Made by a program: the position numbers and the translations under genes. From NCBI GenBank assembly GCA_018056685.1, contig JAGPFC010000004.1, positions 96,646-160,645 on the forward strand: a stretch of 64,000 nucleotides of DNA, in the 5' to 3' direction. The notes beneath the pieces were generated by a model. The model made no database searches. It was given only the letters and a program-made list of their open reading frames with translations, and had not been told where the DNA came from. Shown here in pieces: positions 28,670 through 37,028 of the stretch (its first letter is position 1; each line of letters begins with the position of its first letter). The DNA is from Smithella sp. GTDB taxonomy: Bacteria; Desulfobacterota; Syntrophia; Syntrophales; Smithellaceae.

Positions 28670-29680
28670 TTGAAAAAAAGAATTATTGCTGTCGTTTTTA
28701 TCATTCTTTTTGTCACAGTCGGTTCGCTGGTTTATGTCGGGCAGAAGAATAATCAGCAAAAAGAGCTTTATTATTCCGGAACCATAGAAGCAACGCAGTC
28801 AAACTTGTCTTTTCAGGCTCCCGGACGCGTTTTGAAGATCAATGTGGATGAAGGACAGGCTGTTGCGAAAGATCAGATACTCGCTGAGCTCGACCGGGCG
28901 GAATTTGAATCGCGTCTCGCACAAGCCAGAGCGAACCTGGAGCGATCGCAAAAAACGAAGCAGCAACTGGAAACCGTACTGGCCGTCAATCAGAAAACAC
29001 TTCCTTCGGAGGTGGCCCGGGCAAAGGCCGGCGTGCAAAGCGCAAAGGATACATTTAAAAATGCCGAAAAGAACTACAGACGTTTTGAAGATTTGTTCGG
29101 CAAGGGAGTTGTTTCGGAAAAGGAACGGGATGCCTTGAAGCTGCAGTATGATATCGCGCAATCACGCCTGGAAGAAAGTCAATCTGTTTTAAAATTGGCT
29201 GAGGGCAATTTGACCCGAATTGATGCTGTCCGGCAGGAAATTGAAGTAGCGGCAGCGCAAATCAACGCGGCTCAGGCGTCCTTGAATCAGGCTTCCATCC
29301 AACTGGATTATACTCAACTGAAATCGCCCGTGAAAGGTATCGTTACCAGCCGTAATATCGAACCGGGTGAGACGGTCACCGTGGGCCGGGAAGTCATCAC
29401 CGTTTCCGATCCTTCCCGCGTTGACCTGAAAATTTTCGTGGATGAAACCGAAATCGGCAAGGTCAAGCCTGGCCAGAAAGTCGATGTGCAAGTCGATACG
29501 TTTCCCGGGAAAACTTACAGCGGCATGGTTTCATTTGTTTCTCCCGAAGGAGAATTTACACCTAAAATCATTCAAACGAAAAAAGAAAGAGTGAAGCTCG
29601 TCTATCTGGTTAAAGTTTCCATTGACAATCCCAACCTGGAGCTCAAAGCGGGAATGCCTGCCGACGCCTGGCTTAAATAA
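28670..29680 (+). CDS. HlyD-family membrane fusion protein (YbhG-like)
   Basis: TTG start 6 nt after AAGGAGGA. N-terminal TM, long coiled-coil hairpin, beta-barrel region (LKSPVKGIVTSRNIEPGE.., GMPADAWL). Confidence 0.85.
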   Translation: MKKRIIAVVFIILFVTVGSLVYVGQKNNQQKELYYSGTIEATQSNLSFQAPGRVLKINVDEGQAVAKDQILAELDRAEFESRLAQARANLERSQKTKQQLETVLAVNQKTLPSEVARAKAGVQSAKDTFKNAEKNYRRFEDLFGKGVVSEKERDALKLQYDIAQSRLEESQSVLKLAEGNLTRIDAVRQEIEVAAAQINAAQASLNQASIQLDYTQLKSPVKGIVTSRNIEPGETVTVGREVITVSDPSRVDLKIFVDETEIGKVKPGQKVDVQVDTFPGKTYSGMVSFVSPEGEFTPKIIQTKKERVKLVYLVKVSIDNPNLELKAGMPADAWLK

Positions 29681-29695
29681 CGGAGGAGTGCTGAG

Positions 29696-30469
29696 ATGGC
29701 AGAATCCCCGGAAAATTCTTTGCCGATGGTTCAGGTCAAAAACGTTACCATGCGTTTTAATCTTGCCGAAGCGGTCAAAGACATTTCTTTAACTGTTGAG
29801 CGAGGCAGTATTTTCGGCCTGGTTGGTTCTGACGGTGCGGGGAAATCCACTCTTCTGAGAATGATTGCCACCATGATCAGGCCGACGCAGGGTCAAATCC
29901 TTGTGAACGGTCTTGACGTTGTAGCCCGGAAGCAGGAAATCAAAAACCTGATTGGCTACATGCCTCAGCGCTTCGGGCTTTACCAGGATCTGACCGTCGA
30001 TGAGAACATGCAGTTTTTCATGGATGTCTTCGATGTACCGCGCAATGAAAGAAAAGACCGCCGTGAAAAATATCTGGGATTTTCCAACTTGCTGCCTTTT
30101 ACGGACAGGCTGGCCGGCAATCTTTCCGGTGGTATGAAACAGAAACTGGGCTTGGCTTGCGTCCTGGTGCACGAACCGCAGCTCTTGATCCTAGACGAGC
30201 CGACCAACGGCGTGGATCCCGTGTCGCGCCATGAATTCTGGGACATCCTGGGGAATATGAGACAAGAGGGCATGACAATTCTGGTTTCCACCGCCTATCT
30301 TGATGAAGGAGAAAAATGCGACCGGCTGGCGCTGATGCACAACGCTGTTATTCTGCATTCAGCAACACCGGCAGGAATGCGCGGGCAATACGCCGATCTG
30401 GAACAATTCATTGTAGCCCGCATCACCGAAGTGGATCAGGAGGTTGCCCATGACACGTTCCGCCTCTGA
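29696..30469 (+). CDS. ABC transporter ATP-binding protein (first of two)
   Basis: Walker A GSDGAGKST, signature LSGGMKQK, Walker B LLILDEPTNGVD. Confidence 0.9.
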   Translation: MAESPENSLPMVQVKNVTMRFNLAEAVKDISLTVERGSIFGLVGSDGAGKSTLLRMIATMIRPTQGQILVNGLDVVARKQEIKNLIGYMPQRFGLYQDLTVDENMQFFMDVFDVPRNERKDRREKYLGFSNLLPFTDRLAGNLSGGMKQKLGLACVLVHEPQLLILDEPTNGVDPVSRHEFWDILGNMRQEGMTILVSTAYLDEGEKCDRLALMHNAVILHSATPAGMRGQYADLEQFIVARITEVDQEVAHDTFRL

Positions 30470-31205
30470 GTCCATATCGGTCAGTAATCTGGAAAAAAAG
30501 TTCGGCAAGTTCATTGCCGTCAATAAAATTACTTTTTCAGTAAAAAAAGGAGAGATCTTCGGATTTCTGGGCGCAAACGGGTCCGGCAAGTCCACGACGA
30601 TCCGTATGCTTTGCGGCATCATTACGCCGACATCCGGCGGCGGCACCGTGGCAGGACATGACATCATCAAAGAGGCGGAAGACGTTAAGCAGTCTATCGG
30701 CTACATGTCGCAGAAGTTTTCCCTTTATGAAGACCTGACGCCCTTTGAGAATCTGCGCTTCTATCTGGGTGTTTACAATGTTCCGCAAAAGCAGTGGCCG
30801 GAACGTATTGACTGGGTGCTGAATATGGCCAATCTGCAAAAAGTCCGTGATCGCAAGACCCGGGAATTGCCGCCGGGCTGGCGCCAGCGTCTCGCGCTCG
30901 GTTGTTCGCTTTTACATAAACCGGATATTCTGTTTTTGGATGAGCCGACGTCGGGTGTCGATCCGGTCACCCGCGGAAATTTCTGGAATTTCATCAAGCA
31001 GCTCGCCGCGGGAGGAATGACCATATTTGTCACGACACATTATATGGATGAAGCGCGTTTCTGCGAAAGAATCGTCATGATTAACGAAGGCCGCATTGTG
31101 GCGTCAGGAACACCGGCGGAAATTATTTCCGGGGTCTGTCCGGAAAAACCGGAGGCGGACTTAAATGACGCGTTTATTAAGTTGATGAAGAGGGAAGAGA
31201 TGTGA
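30444..31205 (+). CDS. ABC transporter ATP-binding protein (second of two)
   Basis: Walker A GANGSGKST, Walker B ILFLDEPTSGVD, divergent signature LPPGWRQR. 26-nt overlap with the preceding ATPase gene. Confidence 0.9.
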   Translation: MPMTRSASESISVSNLEKKFGKFIAVNKITFSVKKGEIFGFLGANGSGKSTTIRMLCGIITPTSGGGTVAGHDIIKEAEDVKQSIGYMSQKFSLYEDLTPFENLRFYLGVYNVPQKQWPERIDWVLNMANLQKVRDRKTRELPPGWRQRLALGCSLLHKPDILFLDEPTSGVDPVTRGNFWNFIKQLAAGGMTIFVTTHYMDEARFCERIVMINEGRIVASGTPAEIISGVCPEKPEADLNDAFIKLMKREEM

Positions 31206-32335
31206 AGTTTATCAGGCTCAAGGCCATCGTCCGCAAGGAATTCTATCACCTGATTCGCGACTACCGCAGTCTTTATCTCGCGTTTGCCATTCCTTTGCTT
31301 CTGATCATTCTTTTCGGTTACGCGCTCAGCCTGGATGTGGACAATGTGGAGACTGTTTTTGTTGATTACGACAAATCGGAACTCAGCCGCGATTTTATCA
31401 GCAAACTCGACGCTTCTCCCTATTTTCACGTATCGGGCATACTCACCGGTACGAAGGAGGCCACCGGCGCGCTGGATCACGATCGGACAAAAATAGCGAT
31501 TGTCATCCCGTCTGATTTTACGAAAAATCTCGGTGCGGATCGCGAGACTCCGATCCAGATAATCATTGATGGCAGTGATCCCAATTTCGCCAATATCATC
31601 CGCGGATATGTTACCTCTTTCATCGCGCATTATAATCAAAAACTTCTGATCAATTTTTTGAACCGTCAGGGCCGCGAATCGATCAATCCTCCGGTGGATG
31701 GTCGCATCCGCATTTGGTTTAACGAAGATCTGGAGAGCCGGAATTTCATTATCCCGGGCATTATAGCGGTCATTATTATGATCGTCGGCGCATTGCTCAC
31801 GTCTCTGGTCATTGCCCGCGAATATGAAAACGGCACGATGGAAACCATCAAATCCATGCCGGTCAAGGCGGGAGAACTGCTCTTGGGCAAAGCCGTTCCT
31901 TATTTTTTCATCGGATTAACGGATGTTTTAATAGCTATTTTACTGGGGCAATTGTTGTTCGGCATCGTTATGAAAGGAAACTTCTGGCTGATGATTCTCT
32001 CCTCCTCTCTTTATTTAATGGTCGCTTTATCCCTGGGGCTTTTGATTTCCAATGTGACAAAATCTCAATTGATGGCCAACCAGATCGCGATCCTGACCAC
32101 GTATTTGCCGTCATTTCTGCTTTCCAACTTTGTTTTCCCCATCATTAATATGCCGAAGGTTATTCAGGCAATCACCCTGATTATCCCGGCGCGGTATTTC
32201 ATTGACATTTTATCGGGGATTTATTTGCGCAATCTCGGATTTGCGTATCTGTGGCCGAGCCTGCTGGTTTTGCTGGTGATGTTTTCCGTGCTGACTTTTT
32301 TAAATTATAAAATGCTGAAAAGGGAAGGTTTATGA
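31202..32335 (+). CDS. ABC-2-type transporter permease (YbhS/YbhR-like)
   Basis: GTG start overlapping the upstream stop. One N-terminal TM, a ~150-aa periplasmic loop, then five TM helices. Confidence 0.85.
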   Translation: MKFIRLKAIVRKEFYHLIRDYRSLYLAFAIPLLLIILFGYALSLDVDNVETVFVDYDKSELSRDFISKLDASPYFHVSGILTGTKEATGALDHDRTKIAIVIPSDFTKNLGADRETPIQIIIDGSDPNFANIIRGYVTSFIAHYNQKLLINFLNRQGRESINPPVDGRIRIWFNEDLESRNFIIPGIIAVIIMIVGALLTSLVIAREYENGTMETIKSMPVKAGELLLGKAVPYFFIGLTDVLIAILLGQLLFGIVMKGNFWLMILSSSLYLMVALSLGLLISNVTKSQLMANQIAILTTYLPSFLLSNFVFPIINMPKVIQAITLIIPARYFIDILSGIYLRNLGFAYLWPSLLVLLVMFSVLTFLNYKMLKREGL

Positions 32336-33453
32336 GCTGGTTAAGAATCCGGGAACTGGTGCGAAAGGAATTTATTCAGCTTTTCAGTGATAAGCGCAAC
32401 CGCGCGCTGATGGTTGTCATGCCCTTTGTTATGATGCTGGTTTTCGGTTACGTCGTCAATTACGATATCCGGAATGTCCGGATGGCGGTTCTGGATTATT
32501 CCAAAACCTATGAGAGCCGCTCCCTGATCGACAACTTTACCAGTAGCAACATCTTTCATGAAACCCATGCGGTGGCCAATGAAAATCAGATGACGGAACT
32601 ATTGCTTCAGCAAAAAATTGATGTCGGCGTCAAAATCAGCCGGGATTTTGCATCGGTAATCAGAGCGGGACAGACCGCTCCGGTTCAGTTTTTGGTTGAC
32701 GGAAGCATGAGCAATATGAGCGCCGTCCGAGTTGCCTATATTTTGTCTGTTCTGGATAAATTCAACCGGGAAGAACTGTATAAACTTTATCCCGTCAATA
32801 TGCGTTACGGTAAAGTCGATGCGCGGATCAGGACCTGGTACAACCCGAATCTCGACAGCCAGTACTTTTTCGTTCCCGGTATTGTCGCTTTTCTGATCAT
32901 GCTGACGAGTTTTATTCTGACCTCCATCGCGGTGATCAGAGAGAAGGAAGACGGTACCATGGAGCAGCTTATCGTAACGCCCTTAAAATCCTATGAGTTC
33001 ATCATCGGCAAAACCATCCCTTATACGATTATCGCGCTGATCCAGCTTTTTGCCGTAACCGGTGTTGCCGTTTACTGGTTTGAGATCCCTTTCAAGGGAA
33101 GTTTTTTGCTTCTCTTTTTTGCTGCGAGCTTATTTTTGTTAAGCACATTGGGAATAGGGCTGTTTATTTCGACCATATCCTCAACCAAACAGCAGGCCAT
33201 GATGACAGCCTTCTTTTTCTTCCTTCCGTTTTTTATGCTCAGCGGTTTTGTCTTCCCCATTTCCAATATGCCCGAAATGGTGCAGTGGCTTACCTATCTC
33301 AATCCCCTGAGATTTTTTCTGGTCATCACCCGGAATATTTTCCTCAAAGGGGTTGGATTGGATGTACTCTGGCCGCAATACCTCGCCCTGACCATTTTGG
33401 GAGCCATTGTTTTCACCGGTGCCATCGCCCGTTCCAAAAAACGGCTGGATTAG
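32332..33453 (+). CDS. ABC-2-type transporter permease (YbhS/YbhR-like), paralogue of the preceding gene
   Basis: Same architecture and motifs (EKEDGTMEQL versus EYENGTMETI in the paralogue). 4-nt ATGA overlap with the preceding gene. Confidence 0.85.
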   Translation: MSWLRIRELVRKEFIQLFSDKRNRALMVVMPFVMMLVFGYVVNYDIRNVRMAVLDYSKTYESRSLIDNFTSSNIFHETHAVANENQMTELLLQQKIDVGVKISRDFASVIRAGQTAPVQFLVDGSMSNMSAVRVAYILSVLDKFNREELYKLYPVNMRYGKVDARIRTWYNPNLDSQYFFVPGIVAFLIMLTSFILTSIAVIREKEDGTMEQLIVTPLKSYEFIIGKTIPYTIIALIQLFAVTGVAVYWFEIPFKGSFLLLFFAASLFLLSTLGIGLFISTISSTKQQAMMTAFFFFLPFFMLSGFVFPISNMPEMVQWLTYLNPLRFFLVITRNIFLKGVGLDVLWPQYLALTILGAIVFTGAIARSKKRLD

Positions 33454-33541
33454 AAAAGATTTCTTTTATATTATGCCCCACAAATGTCATTCCTCTTTTT
33501 TTCCGACCCTGCCGGGGAAAAATTAAAAGGAGGGGGAATTT

Positions 33542-34534
33542 ATGCTCAGAGTTGTTGCTGATCAAAAGGCCATTAAAAAGTATGCCGTGCAATTCAACAA
33601 AAAGTTCAAGCCCTTTGTGGATGAGACCATCAAGGTCAAACTCGGTCATCAGGGCGCAAGTTTTCCCGCCAGGGTTCACTGGTCGGAAGCGCTGGGCATC
33701 TGGAAATTTTCTCAAACCATAAAAGACGTACGTTACTGGAACGCTTTCGGAGCAGGCAGACCGGGCACCTCCGGCGTTCTTTCCATTGCTTCCGAAATTA
33801 ATTTCCCCTGGTCTCGGATAGACAGAAAAACCGGCGGAGCGTTTGCTGAAGATCACTGGGGGAATGTTTTTGTCATTCACCGCGGGAAAATCGGCGGCGG
33901 GAAGAAGGGCGTCGGCAAATCGCTTTTCGAACAAACCTACCGGGGTGTCTGGTCGCTGATGGAAGATGGCGGAACCATCAGCCAGGTGGCGGTGGTTGGC
34001 AATCTGCAATCCGAACGATTTGCCCTGCAGGCGGCACAGTTTGTGAAAAAAATTGAAATGATGAAGGCAGCCGCTACCGAGTCCGTTCAAACCGAAATGG
34101 ATTTTGCAGAAATGAATTTTCGGGAAGAACTCATCGGCAGTATAGCCCCCTTACCTGAAGATGAAATAAGCGCGGCCTGCGATCACGATCTGGTCGTCAG
34201 CGCGCTGGCTGCGCTTTTGCGGCGGCGTAAAATAAAAATCGGCAATGATACAGAGAGCGAGCTTTTTGCGGTTGATCCCGCTGAAAACAGAATTTCGCAT
34301 ATTTTTGGAGTTGTCACCGATACAAAGGAAAAAAGTGTTATGGCCGCCGTCGGTCAATTGCTTGTGCAGACATCCGCTGCCACGGTAAAGCCGCTGCCCG
34401 TTCTTGTTTTACCACTGGAAATTCTCAGGCATTACGAACACGAACTGCAAAGAATCAACATGGCCATCATCGGTTTCCTCTGGCAAAATGAAAAAGTCAT
34501 TTTCTCAAATCTGGAGCAAATGACTTTTTCGTGA
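33542..34534 (+). CDS. Hypothetical protein with an unknown N-terminal domain and a PD-(D/E)xK nuclease-like C-terminal domain
   Basis: AAAGGAGGGGGAATTT precedes the ATG. C-terminal region: HDLVVSALAALLRRR (helix), ELFAVD245, IFGVVTD260-T-K262, AAVGQLLVQ, LPVLVLP. This order matches the restriction-endonuclease-fold core. The N-terminal half has a Gly/Lys loop HRGKIGGGKKGVGK and no motif I recognise. Confidence 0.6.
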   Translation: MLRVVADQKAIKKYAVQFNKKFKPFVDETIKVKLGHQGASFPARVHWSEALGIWKFSQTIKDVRYWNAFGAGRPGTSGVLSIASEINFPWSRIDRKTGGAFAEDHWGNVFVIHRGKIGGGKKGVGKSLFEQTYRGVWSLMEDGGTISQVAVVGNLQSERFALQAAQFVKKIEMMKAAATESVQTEMDFAEMNFREELIGSIAPLPEDEISAACDHDLVVSALAALLRRRKIKIGNDTESELFAVDPAENRISHIFGVVTDTKEKSVMAAVGQLLVQTSAATVKPLPVLVLPLEILRHYEHELQRINMAIIGFLWQNEKVIFSNLEQMTFS

Positions 34535-34582
34535 TGAAGATATTGTGCGGATAAAAAATCTGATCGTCAGCAAAAAAAATGA

Positions 34583-35092
34583 TTACGGTGTCCGGACGGG
34601 AATGACTCTGAGAAAATAAGTCATCTGACTGGCAAAGGCTGACTGGATCCCGGCGCCGAAGTCAAAGATAATGGACTCGCCGGTGGTGGCATTGGTTTCC
34701 GATCCCCATGAATAAAAGCAGGAAACATCGATCAATTTTGTTGCAAGATGAATACTGTTGCTGTTGTTGCATTTTGCCGTAGAGCTTTTTCCCTCATCAT
34801 ACAACTCTTCCAATTCCTCAAGGGTGGGCAGACGCCAATCGTCGTAATGACCCCCTCGATACGTTTCACAGTAAAACTTGGCTTCCGCCCAACTGATATC
34901 GCTGCCGTTATCCCTAGCCGCCCACATCAGATTGGTGCTGGTATCCAGGACCGTTCCGTCATCATACGCGATGAAACGTCCATCCCTGGCGATTTCCCTG
35001 ACATTATTTCCCGTGACGTCATGATTACAGACGGTGGCGCACCCGGATAAAAGGGTCACTATGAATAATATAGTCAATATACGAACAGACAT
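34583..35092 (-). CDS. DUF1566 (Lcl C-terminal-like) domain lipoprotein
   Basis: Lipobox LLSGC. DUF1566 hallmarks LMWA..W..A..YC..DDWRLPTLEELEELY. Start set at ATG 35092, with GAGAGAGG 6 nt upstream. Confidence 0.8.
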   Translation of the reverse strand: MSVRILTILFIVTLLSGCATVCNHDVTGNNVREIARDGRFIAYDDGTVLDTSTNLMWAARDNGSDISWAEAKFYCETYRGGHYDDWRLPTLEELEELYDEGKSSTAKCNNSNSIHLATKLIDVSCFYSWGSETNATTGESIIFDFGAGIQSAFASQMTYFLRVIPVRTP

Positions 35093-35260
35093 AACCAACC
35101 TCTCTCGCTACGATTAAAATTTAAAATAAACTTTTATGTTTTCACGGTTTGAACTCCTATCATTTTTCCTGATGGAAATCTACACGGAAAATGTCAAAGA
35201 AATCTCCGTTTTGTTTTATTCCGGGCATGATGACAGGGGGGCTTTATTTTAATAACCGGT

Positions 35261-35800
35261 TCAGTTTGCACGGGCAGATTCTTTTTTGACGATGGCATCA
35301 AGTTGTTGCATGGCCTCATCCATGGTTTCTGTATTCAGAATATAAGCGTCGGCGAGGGCAATGGGAATGGCTGTGCCATAGGCAATCTCACGCTGATCCC
35401 GATCGTCAAAAGCCTGCGGTGAATCATCCGCTCTGCCTCGTGAACAAATACGCTCAAAACGTAATTTTCTCGGAGCCAGAAAAGCAACCACGACGCACTG
35501 GGCTCTGGCGCGAATCAATTCAATTTCCGGCCAGGAACGCATGCCTTCCAGAAAGCCTGTCCGGGCTCCGGATTCCAGAACTTTTTCCAGCGCCAGTCTG
35601 GTCACGCCCATGCCGTCCTTGCCGCGCAACTCATCCGAGATTTTTGCCGTCTTGACAAGATCGCCCTCCACGCCGCGTTTTTTTACTTCCGCCCGGACAA
35701 TGTCGCCAGTCGCATAGTAAACCAATCCTTTGGATTCCGCGTAAACGCGGGCAATGTTTTTTCCAGCCGCAGGCATTCCCACGATGATAAATATTTTCAT
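35261..35800 (-). CDS. P-loop nucleotide kinase-like protein (dephospho-CoA kinase / UPF0200-like)
   Basis: MKIFIIVGMPAAGKN Walker A at the extreme N-terminus. 179 aa. Starts 10 nt after the HlyD stop, with AGGTG as SD. Confidence 0.6.
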   Translation of the reverse strand: MKIFIIVGMPAAGKNIARVYAESKGLVYYATGDIVRAEVKKRGVEGDLVKTAKISDELRGKDGMGVTRLALEKVLESGARTGFLEGMRSWPEIELIRARAQCVVVAFLAPRKLRFERICSRGRADDSPQAFDDRDQREIAYGTAIPIALADAYILNTETMDEAMQQLDAIVKKESARAN

Positions 35801-35810
35801 TAAAACACCT

Positions 35811-37010
35811 CTATTCTCTCTGTCTTATTTTTGTTCCCTCGCTGATGGAGTCGTCCGGATAGGCAAGCACCCTATCGTTTTCTTTCAGACCGGAAAGAAT
35901 TTCCGCCGCCAGGCCATTTCTCCGGCCGATTTCCACCAGACGCTTGCGTGCTTTGCCCCTTTCAACAACAAACACAGACCATTTCTCCCCCGATCTGAAC
36001 AGTGCGCTCGCCGGAATTTGCAGAATATTTTGCCCTTCCCAGATGACAAAATGAGCTTCCATCCGGAAACCGTCGCCCAGCATACTCCATTGTTCAGGCG
36101 GCGATGTAATATCGACAATAACGAGAACCCTCTGCTCCTCCACCCCCAGACTGGATATTTTGGTAAATCCGGCGGGCTCGACGAGACGCACCTTGCCCTT
36201 CAGCGGTTCGTCTTTTCCCCAGCGCTTGAACAAAACATCGGTTCCCTTTTGAATCTTAACGGCGTCGGACGAAAGCACCTCCACACGCACTTCCAGATCC
36301 CGGGAATTGCCCAGATCCATCAACGGTTCGCCGACATTGACCGCACCCTCACTTTCCCGGTAAATTCTGAACACGGCGCCGCTGACCGGCGATTTCACTT
36401 CCACGGTATTACCGCGTTCCCGCACGGCAGAAAAATTCCGCAGCGTTATGTTTGCCCTCTCCAGTTCGGATCTGGCCAGATTCACTTCCGCTGTAACGGA
36501 AAGCTGGAGCGCGCCCGCTTTTTGAGCTTCGGAACTTATCTGATCAAACTGATCTTTGGCAATGGAACCCTTATCATAAAGAGCCTTTAACCTTTCTCTT
36601 TTCTGTTCCAGATACGCGGCATCGGTTTTGGCCACCCGTTCTCTTTCCATGGCAGCTTTCAACGCGGCCTCGGCGGAAGAAACAGCGGCCTGTGCCGTCG
36701 CGCGGCTGCGCGGATCGAGAGCCTGTGACGGCAGAGGCTCCAGAACGGCAACCACCTGACCTTTCTGTATGATGTCTCCCACTTTGGCAGCGATGCGCTG
36801 CAGATAACCGGCGGTCGGGGCGGAAATGGTGAAACGATCCTTGAGGCGCGTACGTCCTTCTTCTTCAATCGTGATCTGGAGCGCTCCACGCTTGACCACG
36901 GCGATATCAACGTCCTGCGTTTTCGGCAGAAAACCGTAAATCAGCAAAGCGACCACGATCAGGATAACGCTGATCATCAGTATTTTTCTGCGTAATAATC
37001 CGTTCATCAA
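35811..37010 (-). CDS. HlyD/MacA-type periplasmic adaptor subunit
   Basis: N-terminal TM, lipoyl-like half motifs, ~120-aa coiled coil, beta-barrel and membrane-proximal domains. Confidence 0.85.
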   Translation of the reverse strand: MMNGLLRRKILMISVILIVVALLIYGFLPKTQDVDIAVVKRGALQITIEEEGRTRLKDRFTISAPTAGYLQRIAAKVGDIIQKGQVVAVLEPLPSQALDPRSRATAQAAVSSAEAALKAAMERERVAKTDAAYLEQKRERLKALYDKGSIAKDQFDQISSEAQKAGALQLSVTAEVNLARSELERANITLRNFSAVRERGNTVEVKSPVSGAVFRIYRESEGAVNVGEPLMDLGNSRDLEVRVEVLSSDAVKIQKGTDVLFKRWGKDEPLKGKVRLVEPAGFTKISSLGVEEQRVLVIVDITSPPEQWSMLGDGFRMEAHFVIWEGQNILQIPASALFRSGEKWSVFVVERGKARKRLVEIGRRNGLAAEILSGLKENDRVLAYPDDSISEGTKIRQRE

Positions 37011-37028
37011 AAACTCCTTGCAGGTATA

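Noticed and set aside
29696-31205. Two ATPase ORFs read as a frameshifted single YbhF-like fused gene
   Set aside because: Both halves are complete ABC domains with their own start codons. The 26-nt overlap is compatible with coupled translation, and there is no evidence of truncation.
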